A stretch of DNA of 64,000 nucleotides, taken from contig JBHGNT010000004.1 in assembly GCA_043228905.1 (NCBI GenBank), positions 14,260,001-14,324,000 on the forward strand, in the 5' to 3' direction. Within the stretch, counting starts at the first letter, position 1. Every line of letters starts with the position of its first letter. The translations under genes were made by a program, and so were the position numbers. Shown in pieces: positions 10,501-22,319 of the stretch. A model generated the notes under the pieces. It was not told where the DNA came from and made no database searches. It saw only the letters and a list, made by a program, of their open reading frames with translations. Source of the DNA: Azolla caroliniana (lineage: Eukaryota > Plantae > Polypodiophyta).

Positions 10501-13157
10501 GTTGCGTCGGACCCAAGTTTACGAGATCCGGCCAACATAGGACACACATTCACCGACGTAACGCTACGGGAGCTCAAGATCGGTGGGGGTGGCTTTCTAC
10601 TGCCGGCAGAAGAGTACTGGTTTCGGAGAATGCTCGGGAGGCACGGGAAGGCTTTCGCATTCTCACCGGAGGAGATCGGGTGCGTAGACCCGAAGGTTGT
10701 GGAACCAATGGTGATCTTCACGGTACTGCATGTGCCGTGGAGTCTCAAACCGATTCCGGTACCCAGAGCTCACATCTTGAAGCTGATGGAGCTATTGAAA
10801 CAGAAGGTGGAGATAGGCATCCTCGAACCGTCGAGTGCCCCATATTCGAATCGGTAGTTTACCGTGCTGAAGAAGAACGGCACACTGCGCTTCATACAGG
10901 ACCTACATCCGGTCAACAAGGTGACCATTCGAATTGCAGGTATTGAACCAACCATCGATGAGTTCGCAGAGGCTTTCGGAGGGAGGTCGATCTACTCGGT
11001 CGAGGACCTATACTCAAGCTACGATCAGTTCCAGCTAGCCGTAGAGAGCAGGGATGTCACGACGATGCGGACTCCTCTCGGCCTAGTTCGGATGTGTACC
11101 CTGCCGCAAGGAGGAACGAACTCGGTGGCACACATGATGAATGCGATGAACAAGGTTTTGAGGGACTGCATCCCAGACATCACCATGCCGTTTCTGGACG
11201 ACATCCCAATCAAAGGATGTCCGGTGGAGGACAAGGACGAGTCGGTCGGGCCCAATGGTTGCCAGAGGTTCGTGACGGATCACATCCGCGACTACGAGAA
11301 GGTGCTACAAAAACTCGAGAGCGCGCGGCTCACCTTCTCCGGAGAAAAATCAGCATTCGGACAATCGGAGATCCTGGTAGTCGGACACTTGTGTGGGCCC
11401 TATGGCCGAAAACCGTCAAGTCGGTTACGGAGGTCCGCAAATTCTTGGGTGCGTGCGCGTTCTACCACATCTGGATTCTGCACTATGCACATGTCGCGGA
11501 ACCACTCTACGGGCTATTAAAGAAAGGGCGTAGGTTCGAGTGAAACCGGAGCACACAGAGTTGGTCTGGAGGTTGAAGGAGGCGCTTGTTGTGGCACCGA
11601 CTCTCCAGGAAAGCGGTTTACGGCAAGGAAGTTCCCATCTACGTGACGGTGGACACGAGCCCGACGAGGATCGACTGGATGATCAGTCAGGAGGACAAGG
11701 ACGGCGTACGGTTCCTGATCTGGTTCGGGGCGAAGGTATTAAGCGAGTAGCAGCGAGGATATGCTCAAGTTAAGCGCGAGTTGCGGGGTATCATTTCGGT
11801 AGTCAAGGTCGACAAGGACTATCTGATCGGGATGGAAGAGATCATCGAGACAGACTGCCTACCGATTCTAGGTATGGTCTCCGGATGCGTGACCCCAGAC
11901 CTAGCGATGCTCAGGTGGATCGCATACATCAAGTCCCTGAACCCGGAGATACGACACATCTCCGGGAAAGATAATGCCATGGCCGATATGCTTTCAAGGG
12001 CGCGGTTCAGTGACGAGGACGGTATGGTTTCGGATAACAAGGAAGTCGGCGAGGATTTCTTCGTGTCAGCCAACGTAACAACAAGAAAGGGGAGCACTCC
12101 GGCGCTTAACGAATTCAACGAGAGCAAGTACGACGGGGAGTGGCTCCAGATCGGCGGGTTCCTAAAGGCAATGACATTGGACGCGCCATGGACGAAGGAA
12201 GAGGCCAACCGGATTCAGAAGAAAGCATACCGATTTTTTCTACGAGACGGGAACATATGGAAGCACCTGAAGAAGAGAGACGGTATCCCGCTGAGCGTTG
12301 CAGAGCGTTGCAGAGAAAAACAACCACTGTCGTGTGCCGATTTCTGATCGAAGAAGTGGTATGCCAGTACAGGTGCATAGGTAGGATCGTGGCGGACTGT
12401 GGGGAATTGGACGCGCAAGAGGCGGAAGAGTTGTTTGACTGACTGGCAAGGAATTAAACTTTCGCTCACCACGGCGTACAATCCAGAGGCTAACAGGAAG
12501 GTGGAGCGCGGACACGGGCCCATCGTCAAAGCGTTGGTACGGGTGTGTGGAGTTCATGTTGGGAACTGGCCGCAGCTCTTACCCTATGCGTTGTGGGCGG
12601 ACCGAACTACGCACAGTTCGGTAACCGAGTTCATGCCGGCAGAGCTAATGTATGGGCAGAAGCCGATCATGCCAACGGAGCAGACAATCTCCTCATGGGC
12701 CACGGTGGATTGGAACAACGAGATGAGCCAGGAGGAGCTGTTAGCGGCATGGATTCAGCAGCTGGAATGAGGACCGGAGGACGTGGACCGAGCCGCGGAG
12801 AAGCTACGGGTGGCGAGGGTAAAGAACAAAGGACGGTTCGACCGGACTCACCGACTAAGACCGAAGAAGATCGAGGAAGGTGACTAGGTTCTAGTGTATG
12901 ACAGCAGCCTCGACAACCAGCACCGGGCAATGCAAAAGTTTGCAAGAAGGTGGTTCGGGCCTTATGCGGTGACGAGCGCCAACGACAATGGGACCTACCA
13001 TCTCGCAAAGCTCGACGGGACAAGGATGGCGGTACCGGTGGTGGAGAAAAGGATCAAAGCATTCAAAAAGCGACACAAGGCTGAACCGGACCCGGACGAC
13101 CTGGATAGCAACAACGACCGGCTTGGGACGGATGTCGATCTGGAAGACGAAGGATAA
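7569..13157 (+). pseudogene. gag-pol of B1 (CCHC knuckle, RT, RNase H, integrase) with stops, frameshifts and deletions
   Basis: CMWCDAVGHIQKEC; LRFIQDL, TLPQGGTNSVAHM, FLDDIPIKG; ADMLSR; TAYNPEAN, RWFGPY. Confidence 0.92.
9234..9867 (+). mobile_element. Solo LTR of a family-B relative inserted in B1
   Basis: TGTTGTGACGATTTTCGG...TCGCGACA; interrupts the ESPYA|KPHWARAT frame; degenerate 4-bp TSD ATGC/ACGG. Confidence 0.75.
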
Positions 13158-13218
13158 GCATGGGCTAGTATTCTCCGGCAAGAGTCTAATTTTGGCGCAT
13201 ACCGGTGGATGCGCGGTT

Positions 13219-13231
13219 AGGTGGGGGCGGA
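13219..13231 (+). other. Polypurine tract of B1
   Basis: AGGTGGGGGCGGA directly before the 3' LTR; the same motif precedes the LTR at 13917. Confidence 0.8.
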
Positions 13232-13881
13232 TGTCGTGGAGAAAACCGTCCCTAGGCGGAAACCGGGTATAGCGTGCATAAACCGGCCCTTACACGTGGG
13301 CACAAGTTTTGTTGTATAGTACGTAGGTAGGTACAAGTCGCCTGAGGTGAAATACTAGGTAGTACGCATTTGGTAGGGAGGAAATTGAGGCGTATCCCTG
13401 TCCGAGAGGAGAGGGAATAAACATGATGTAACGAGTGGTAACGGCCTCCCTCCTTGGGTTATAAAAGAGAGGGGGAAGTGGAGGAAATATAGCGCGTTTT
13501 GGGGAGCGAGGAGGAAGTGTTGTCGGACCAGGACCGAGCTCTCTCCTCGATCGTTCGACTTTCTCTACAGGATTTTAGACTGTGTTGCTTCTGCTTCGTG
13601 GACAGCCCGTGTGCTTCCGGTAGAGGATCCACTATGCAGTCGGGCTGTGTGCGTGCGTGAGCTTTGTGTGTATGTGTGTGTGCCCGCCTGGGTTGGCTCC
13701 GTCGTCGGCTTGCCGGTTGTAATCGTTGTCAATTGTAGTTAAGACTTTGTTCTCTGTCTCTTTCCTCCTCTGTGTTTCTTCAAGCTACTCTCTCTCTCTC
13801 TCCCCTCTTTCTCACGCCCCTTGGTTCAAGGCCCCTGCGGTTCCGCCTCTTTCCGAATTAGAAGAGCGTAACAACACGACA
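13232..13881 (+). repeat. 3' LTR of B1
   Basis: Direct repeat of 6888-7523 with a 14-bp indel. Confidence 0.95.
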
Positions 13882-13916
13882 ACGTACCAAAGGATGTGCG
13901 GTTCGGTGGGGGTGGA

Positions 13917-14382
13917 TGTTGTGAAGATTTTCAGCATCAGTGTGAAAATTGCGAGGAACATACAAAATCAAGTGTGGTTCTTCACACACGATATGAAACA
14001 ATAGTCGGAAGGCATTATTTTAGATTAGTTTTAATATCAAGTTATGTGAGTGTGAAGTTTCAGAAGAAGAGGAAAACAAAACTGTGAGATATTCCACATA
14101 CATAGGACACATCTAGATCCTAGAGTACATAACTAGATCCAAAACTTCTTATTCCATATCTCTATGTATAGAGCATAGAATGGTTAAAGTGATTCAAACC
14201 ACATTGTTTGGATAGATAGATGTGGATGAATTGCTTCGAATTGTTTCGTCTCAGTCGGGTCAAGATGCGTGTGCGCGCCATGTCGTGGCATCCGGTGCAC
14301 GGCTTGGTTGAAAAATGCCTCCACGGCACGGTCAGGACGTGTGTGTGCACATGGTCTGGTTTCGCACAGGTTGGTCGCGACG
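13917..14382 (+). repeat. 3' LTR (right end uncertain) of the B-like host element
   Basis: TGTTGTGAAGATTTTCAG preceded by PPT GGTGGGGGTGGA; start is homologous to 9234 and 14388. Confidence 0.6.
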
Positions 14383-14387
14383 TACAT

Positions 14388-14959
14388 TGTCGTGAAGATT
14401 TTCGGTTAAACATTTGTAAATATGAAACTAAAGCTTAATAAAACTTTGTATAAAAAGGGGTGCAAGTAAGAATTTGAACCTTCCACCTCCAAGATAAGAG
14501 CCAATAGGCTTACACTAAGCCAAGTCATGTTTTCATCATTATACTTTTACATATAAATTCTTATACATGAGAGCTTGAAAGAGTGACATGGTTATCATGC
14601 GTCACATGTAATGCATGAGCACCGAATGGCAAACATGCATCGCATGCATTACATGCATTGTATGCATGTCTTGTACCCTCACATGCATCATATGCATGGG
14701 GGAATCTATAAAAGAGGGGAGGAAAAAGAAACGGGGATCAGGCAAGCTATGTACTAATCAAGAAATTAATAAAGAGAAAATTTGTTATCCAATTGGTGAT
14801 GTATCTTGTCTCTCAAATCTAAAGTCAAGGGTTCAATCTCTATCTCAATCTATCTTAAATACTTTCTCGCTAAAGCTAGTACAAACTTCGATTCCTTCCG
14901 GTCCAGGACCTTGGCGGTTCCGCCTCATGATTCGCACATAGCGACGGGTTTTTACGATG
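14388..14959 (+). mobile_element. Family-B-type LTR (probable solo LTR, right end eroded)
   Basis: TGTCGTGAAGATTTTCGG start, TATAAAAGAGGG, 3' GCGGTTCCGCCTC motif shared with the B1 LTR. Confidence 0.65.
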
Positions 14960-15129
14960 TGTTGAGAGTTATGGTGAGTTAACTATTCACGACTTGTCTA
15001 TGCATTGTAAGAATTTATATCTCTTGCTGAAAAGATGATGTGTTATGATTCTCTTTCACATATGTCTCCCTTCTTTACAATTGAAGATATATGATATGAA
15101 TTAAGAAATTGGCCTCTCGAAAGGCAAGT

Positions 15130-16662
15130 GATCTTCAATGTATAAAGGTTGAAATGCTCTAATGGACGGGAAAGGAAGCACATGTATGGATAAGCGATAT
15201 GTTTAATGATGCATTGCAACATGGTATGCCATATGATTGGACTACAAATTGGATCAAACCTTTACATAAAGGTGGAGATTTAAATAATGTAAACAACTAT
15301 CGAACCATCATGGTTGGCTGATTAATGGCAAAACTATTTGGATGTATAATGGAATCAAAGATAAGTGTATGGGCTAAAAGAAATGGTAGGAGAGCTTATG
15401 GACAAGCTGGCTTTCAGAAACACCATAGCACCATTGATCACCTTATCACCCTTTGAGTATTAATGGAGGAAAGTCGCCTTAGAGGTAAAGGTTTATATTG
15501 TTGCGTTGTAGACTTCAAGAAAGCTTTTGATATGGTACCTCGTGAGCATCTTTGGAGGTGAATGGAAAAACTTGAGGTGCCAAGTGAATATATGCTTACA
15601 ATTTCCCGAATATTTGAGAAGGTTATATGTTGTATGCGTATGGGAGAATAGCACGACTGGTGTTCCCAAGGATGCCCACTCTCACCAACACTATTTGGCC
15701 TATGCATTGATGAATTAGAAGAAATGGTTACCATGTTTGTAAAGGAAGAATGTGTTGAAGAAGTTGCCATTGGGAATGTTGTGATTATGCTTTTGGTATA
15801 TGCACATGATGTAGTGCTTTTTGCAAATACTTTAGAAGATGCACAAAAGCTTATGAAGGCATTAGAAATTATTTGCCTGCATACTAAATTAAGCGTCAAT
15901 GGCTCTAAAACAAAGATTATTCTTGTGAAGAGCCAAAAAGGAGATAAACCATGCATTATGTACAACAATAAGCCACTTGAATGTGTTGAAAGCTTCAAAT
16001 ATCTTGGCCTTGAAGTTCCTTCAAATCATAGATGGAATGAATGTGCTACACGCCGCTTAGAGGCGGGTAAGTGAGCATAATATGCATTTGAGAACACATG
16101 CAATCTTGGAGATATTAAGTGTTGGGACCTCAAGAAATATCTTTACGACACTTTGGTGACACTGGTTCTTCTCTATGGGGTGGAAGTATGGGGCAATAGC
16201 ATCCCTAAATCTGTGGAAAGAGTTTGAAAATAACATTTTCTTACAAAGTTTCCATAAGTTAAGAAACAAACACCCTACACCCTCCTACTTGAGACAAGAT
16301 CACTTCCCATTGAGATCATGGCCATGGAAAGGGTTGTTGAATACATGCTTCAGGTTCAAAAAAGTCCCTCACATCGACTTCCTAGAATTGCATGGGAAGC
16401 AAGCAAAAAGATCCAAAAGACGCATAAAAGAAAATTTTGTGTTCTGGTTGGATGCAAGATATAGAAAAATGGTTTGTTAGTTGGGATGCAAGACACTTGC
16501 TTCATGATGCATCACTAGATTCCTTAGTAAATGAGACATCTTTGCAACTTTAATGTATCATGACATGGGAAAAATGTGGAGGCTCACGCTGTCGCGTTGT
16601 TACGCGCGTGCGTGGAGAACAAGGCAGGACCACTGGGGTCTTGGACCGAAGAATAGGTGAGG

Positions 16663-16714
<52 letters not shown>

Positions 16715-17700
16715 GCTCACTCACGTATAGACAAAGAAGCGCACAGGGACGCGGCACAACAACATAGGAGATGCGAGTTGAGAACACTAGAGTATGTATG
16801 TAGATGACTCGAACGGTTACAACCGATCAGGTCGGCGAGGTGGATGCCGACGCCTGATCACCCACGCACACAGGAGAGCAAGATGGAGATTCTGCCGGAA
16901 GCACACGGGCGTTCCACGGAGCAAAATCAGCCTCTGAGAACCTGCGCAAAAGAAAGCTATGGAGAACGATAGAGAAGAAGAGCTCGGTCCCAGTCCGATA
17001 GCACTTCGTTCCTTCTAGCGCACGATATCTTCTCTCCCCCATCTCCCTCTCTTTTATAGCTCAAGGAGGGAGGCCTTTTCACCCGTTTACATCACATTAA
17101 TTCTCTGTCCTTTCGGACAGAGATACTCCTCGATTTCCCTTATGAATATTGCTACCTAGGATTTAACCTTTGTGCCTACCTATCTACTATACGACAAGGG
17201 ACGTGCCCACGTGTAAGGGCCGGTTCACACACACTATACGCGGTTTGCGCTTGGGGACGGTTTTCTTCACGACAACGCTTCACACATTATACTACACATG
17301 TTGCACCTAACTACAAAACCATATTCGTCGCGGAATGGGGAAACCATACACATTGATACGTGTTAGACCCATCCCGTTATCTACCATTCGAACCATTGCT
17401 TCCATGTGACTTAGTTCACATGCATTGCGATGTGAGACAGGGTATTGGGTTGGCTGGCTATGCACACTTTGCCCTAAACAAGTTTGAGAGTTCAAATATC
17501 ACACTTAGATACAATGTTCTGCCTTTGATCATATTCAACCATGGTTTCCACATCTCTTCGATCAAGCCCAATCCTTGCACGAATTTCTCTCACAACCACA
17601 ATGTGCACTCTCGATTGCAACATTCATTGGTAAAGTTCTTGAACATCGACAATCTCTACTCACTTTAACACATATCACATGAAATATAATACTTTTGGTC
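15130..17700 (+). mobile_element. Degenerate 5'-truncated non-LTR retrotransposon (LINE; RTEX/RTE-like RT plus C-terminal Cys/His finger)
   Basis: LHKGGD..NYRTI, QAGF, VDFKKAFDMV, QGCPLSP, VYAHDVVL, FKYLG; after the solo LTR: LSSHALRCETGYW, CTLC; boundaries approximate. Confidence 0.85.
16590..17274 (-). mobile_element. Family-B solo LTR inserted in the LINE, TSD ACGC
   Basis: Reverse complement of the B1 LTR ends; ACGC at 16586-16589 and 17275-17278; contains (AG)n at about 16668-16713. Confidence 0.9.
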
Positions 17701-17715
17701 TCATAGGTCATATTT

Positions 17716-20700
17716 GACCTTCAAAGAGGATAATATAATCTATATATTATCTATCTGTGTTTTCTGTTGCTATCCGGCTGAACCGGTTGAGATCTAGTTA
17801 GCTTCCACATATTATCTTTTACATGTTATGAGAACGCGAGGGGTAGAACATCCTCTGCTTCCGACAAGAGCTTCCGACACAAACCAATACCTAAAACCCG
17901 GTAAAAAAAGACAAGAAGAGAAATGGATAGAGGAATAGCTAGCTCACTTCCAACGGAGAAGCTCGACAGAAGCAACTACGCATCTTGGTCATATAAGATT
18001 ACATCAGTACCTGATCAGACATGGGTATTGGAGTTATGTCAACGGAGCTAAGGATGTAGCACCGGATGCGACACAAAGACTTTCCAGCTTGGGAACAAGC
18101 GGCAAGAAAGGTAATGTATTGCTTTGCATCCAATTTCAGTGATTAGCTACTCACTCACATCTGGGACGCCAAGATGCCAAAGGAAGCGTGGCTGAACTTG
18201 AAAAGGGTTTTCCCTGCAAGCACCACAATCCGAAACCTACAATTCAGACAAGAGTTGAGAAATGTCTGGTAGAAAGACATTTCGGTGACTGACTATACAA
18301 CCCAGATCAAGGAGATCTGTGACTCCCTTGCCTCCATCAGCATGACCGTCGAGGAGGATGAAATGGTGCAGCCATGCTTCGGGGGCTTGGTGTCGAAGTT
18401 CGGAGCAATCTAACTGGCGGGTAGTCTGCACGAGGGAGATTTTGACTTACAATCAATGCACCTTGTAGAGGAGAGCCATGTGGGTGCGTCGACGAGTATG
18501 CATACTGACAACAAGATGTTGTACATGGAACAAGATAGGCCCTATGGTCGTGGTGGACGAGGCGGGTTGGCACGCAATGGAGGCGGCCAACAGGAGTAAA
18601 ACCGAAGGCATAATCCAAATGCGGATAGCAATTCCAAACCCTCCAAAAACAGGGGGAGTTAAGGATGCACCGGAAACCGCCAAGCAAAGGCCGAAACAAA
18701 ATGTTGGTACTATGGCTGGAAGGGCCACAGAGAGAGCGAGTGCTGGAAGAAGTGCTCTGATTCGGATAAACCCAGATCGAGCCATGGTGATGCTGATAGG
18801 CGTCAAAGATCGCACTATGCCGAAGGCTTAAGAGGAGCTGAAAATGTATCGGGCCCAACTTTCGTGATGAAGCACAAAGACATTTCGATGGAAATGAATA
18901 CCTTGAAACCGAATGAGGTATGGTATATCAATTCAGGTGCATCAAATGACATGACGAGCGGTGAGGAGTGGTTTTGTTAGTTGGAGAAACCAAAACAACC
19001 GGGGACCATCAAAACCGGTGACAACACCCCACATACATCGAACATGTCGGTGAAGTCCCCCTCAAAAATGTCGGGCAAAAGGGGAAGATGATGAACATCC
19101 TACACATCCCGACAATCACAAAGAATCTGGTGTCGGTTGGACTAATTGTCGACCAAGGGATGTAGGTCTGGTTCACACCCGTCGGCTGCTTCATCGAAAA
19201 AGAAGGCAAAGTCATTGCAAAAGGGCGTTGAGAAGGGAGGATATTTATCGTTGAAACAAATGAAGTCGGAACCACTATTTTTGCGAAAGGGCAAAAAGTC
19301 AAGTTGGATATCGACCTATGGCACAAGCGGTTCGACCATATCAACTTCCCGTGGCTTCGGGAAATGCAGACAAAGAATAGTGTCTTCGAATTCCCGAAAT
19401 TCAGTGGCCGCAACGTCCAAGTCTGTGAAGCCAACTAGTTAGGGAAGCAACACCGATTTCCATTCCCCAACGAGCGATATCGGAGCCGGAACTGGCTTGA
19501 TTTGATCCATTCGGATGTGTGGGGACCAACACAGAATGTGAGCATCAGAGTAAGCCTCTTTTTGTAACCTTCATCAATGGTTACACTCGGCACACTTGGG
19601 TGTTGTTATGTACACATAACGTTTGTGAGGGTAGGTCACTAATATTTACATTAGTGAAGGGCATGTTCACTAATGTTAAAAAGGGGACTAATTATTGGGT
19701 AGAAGGAATGATATGTGCATGCACTATCATGATTTGGATAACCAATGAATGGAGTGCCTTTTAGAAAGGCACATCTATTCAAGGGGCCTAGGAGAAGGTA
19801 TAAATATGAGGCTTAGCTACCCTCATAAGGACATTACGTCGGAAGGCTGCTGTCTTAGACACTGGTGGTGCGGGCTAGGCTTTCGTCTCGAAAATTGTGT
19901 TTATCTCTTCCAAGGTATTAGTCATCCTAATATCCGGTGGTATGGGACGTCGGTGGTAGGTTGGCTATGTCTAGATCATAGCTCGGGGGTGGTCGGGTGG
20001 AACGATTTCTTCTATCCAATCTATTTTCCTTCTTTTACTTTACTTTGTTCTATTGATTAGCAATAGACTCTTAACAGGTGTGCTTGATCTCGAAGAAGAG
20101 TGAAGTCTTTGCCAACGTCATGAAGGTGAAGAGCCTTGCTGAACGGGAAACTGATAGGAAGATCAAGTGCCTAAGGTTCGATGGCGGGAAAGAGTACTTT
20201 TCTGACTAGTTCTCGAGTTATCTATAGAAGGAATTCAATGAGAATTCTCTTGCAAGTACATACAAGAGCAGAACGGTGTGACTAAGTGGAAGTATCAGAC
20301 TATAGAGGAGGTGGCACATGCAATGCTTGAGGAGAAGCATATGCCAAAGTTTTACTAGGCCTAAACGGTCCTCACAGCCATCTACCTGCAGAATTAGACA
20401 TATGCAAATGGAGGAGTGTCACCACATGAGCTATACTTCAGGAAGAAGCCAAATCTAGGACACTTGAAGGTATTCGCAGTATTGCCTATGTGCATGTGCC
20501 GATGGAGAAACGGAGCAAGCTAGACATGAAATCCAAGAAGTGTATCTTGATGGGCTACTCGGATGAGCAAAAGGATTATAAGTGTTATAACCCCTGAACG
20601 AAAGAGGTCCGAGTAAGCCGAGATGTCGTTTTCGATGAGTCGGCTTTGTGGTACTTGCCTTCACCTCCAAACCCCGACAACTCCATTCCGAATTCTGAGG

Positions 20701-21713
20701 ATGAGGTCAGTGAGGCCAAAATGCCTCTGGATGAAGAAGAAATCAAAGCTCTGGAAGAGAGGCCGATCTCATTCCAGCTATGTGCACTGAATGAGAGACT
20801 AAATTGGAATGACCAGTCGCATGAGGAAGCAGAGAGTAGTGGAGACTCGGTCGTGTTGTACCCGTGTCGGAAGCCAAAGAGATGGTTCATGCGCAAGGAG
20901 AAGGGGAAGAAGATGCCGGAATACGACCCCGGCAGGGAAGAGTCGGACCAAAGAGAATCCGACTCCGGAAAGAGCAAGTAGGGACCTCCAAAGATGAGGT
21001 CAAAGTCGGCCAAGAGGGCCACGAAATCGCCGAACCAGAAGTTACACCGATCCACCCGCTAGAAGAATCCCTTGATCCGGTACGAGTACAATGATTACAT
21101 GGTGCATCATTATGCGTACATGGCAAAGGTGGCAGTAGTCCGTGAGTTGGAAAGCTACACAGAAGTGTCCAAAGATCCGAATTGGAAAAACGCCATGGAG
21201 GAAGAGATGGGACTTGGTTGACGTACCGAAAGGGGTGAAACTGAGCGGATGTCGATGGGTGTACAAAGTACAATATAATGGTGACAGCTCCATCAACCGG
21301 TAAAAGGCCCGGTTAGTGGAGAGAGGTTGTACATAGCAACATGGCATCAACTACGATGACACGTTTGCACCGGTCGTGAAGATTACAACCGTCTGTGTCT
21401 TGCTCGTCGTAACCGCAACAAAGGGGTGGCACTTACATCAAATGGATGTAAATAATGCGTTCTTGCAAGGTGAGCTTGAGGAACAGGTACACATGGTACA
21501 AGCCCCCGGATTTTAGTCCAGAATGAACACGTCGGTTGTTTGCCAACTGAAGAAGTCCCTGCACAGACTCACGCAAGCCCCGTGTCCTTGGAGTGCGATG
21601 ATCACGCAACAATTGCTTGCCATGTCAAAGTCGGAGTCTTCACTTTTCATCTAGCAAAGTCGGAGTGGGCCGGTTAGTATTTTACTTTACGTTGATGATT
21701 TAGTCATCGCCAG
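17716..21713 (+). mobile_element. Ty1/copia element C1, 5' part (LTR remnant, degenerate Met PBS near 17824, gag-PR-INT-RT); resumes at 54471 and 57239
   Basis: [56 protein letters not shown]; left boundary approximate. Confidence 0.88.
19604..20076. mobile_element. Solo LTR in the C1 integrase, TSD GGTGT
   Basis: TGTTA...TAACA flanked by GGTGT at 19599-19603 and 20077-20081. Confidence 0.85.
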
Positions 21714-21831
21714 TGTCACGGATGAACAATTGGAAGACAAAGAGATGGGTAAGTTGATGAGATAGAGATATGGATAAGTTGATGACAATGAGTATGAATA
21801 TCTATTCCATGATTGGTGTTGATGTCCTTGA

Positions 21832-22266
21832 TGTTACCGGCCGGCAAAGGAGTCCAGAGTGGGAAACGGAGAGTTATTTAAGTAGTAGGAATGTGGTTGT
21901 AATTAAGCTATGACTGTGGACGGACGAACCGAAATCGGTATGCCGTTCCGGATCCGGACCGATCCCGAACAGGTGCGGATGGCACCGTTTTGTAATACAG
22001 ACCGGAAACCTATTTAAAGGCCCAGACACAATGTAATGAATAGCGGTTAATTAATAAAAGCTTAGCGTTGTTATCTATCTGTGTTAATTGCCGTTCTGTC
22101 TTAATTGTTATATCTTACGCGTGTGATTATGAAACACGATCATGCTAAGTAACTTGATTAAGTTGGATTAAGCGTTGAGTCTAATCCGGTTGCCGTAACA
22201 CCCTTTGGTGAAGTGTCTTCCGTAGACACCCTGTGTTAGGCCATTGTCCGGCCCTGAGAGTTAACA
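21832..22266 (+). repeat. 5' LTR of A2
   Basis: TGTTACCGG...GTTAACA; matches 48566-48942 over its 3' ~380 bp. Confidence 0.92.
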
Positions 22267-22273
22267 CAATTTT

Positions 22274-22284
22274 TGGCGACCACG
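22274..22284 (+). other. Primer binding site, tRNA-Arg(UCG) type
   Basis: TGGCGACCAC after a 7-nt spacer; same motif at 26827 (A3) and 40609-40599 (A4). Confidence 0.7.
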
Positions 22285-22319
22285 ATTCCTGTTTTTGCAG
22301 CAAACGACGGCACGGATGG

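Larger units (their letters stand above)
6888..13881 (+). mobile_element. Ty3/gypsy family B copy B1, both LTRs present, 4-bp TSD ACGT
   Basis: LTRs 6888-7523 and 13232-13881 (TGTCGTG...CACGACA), ACGT at 6884-6887 and 13882-13885, PBS, PPT, gag-RT-RH-INT order. Confidence 0.95.
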
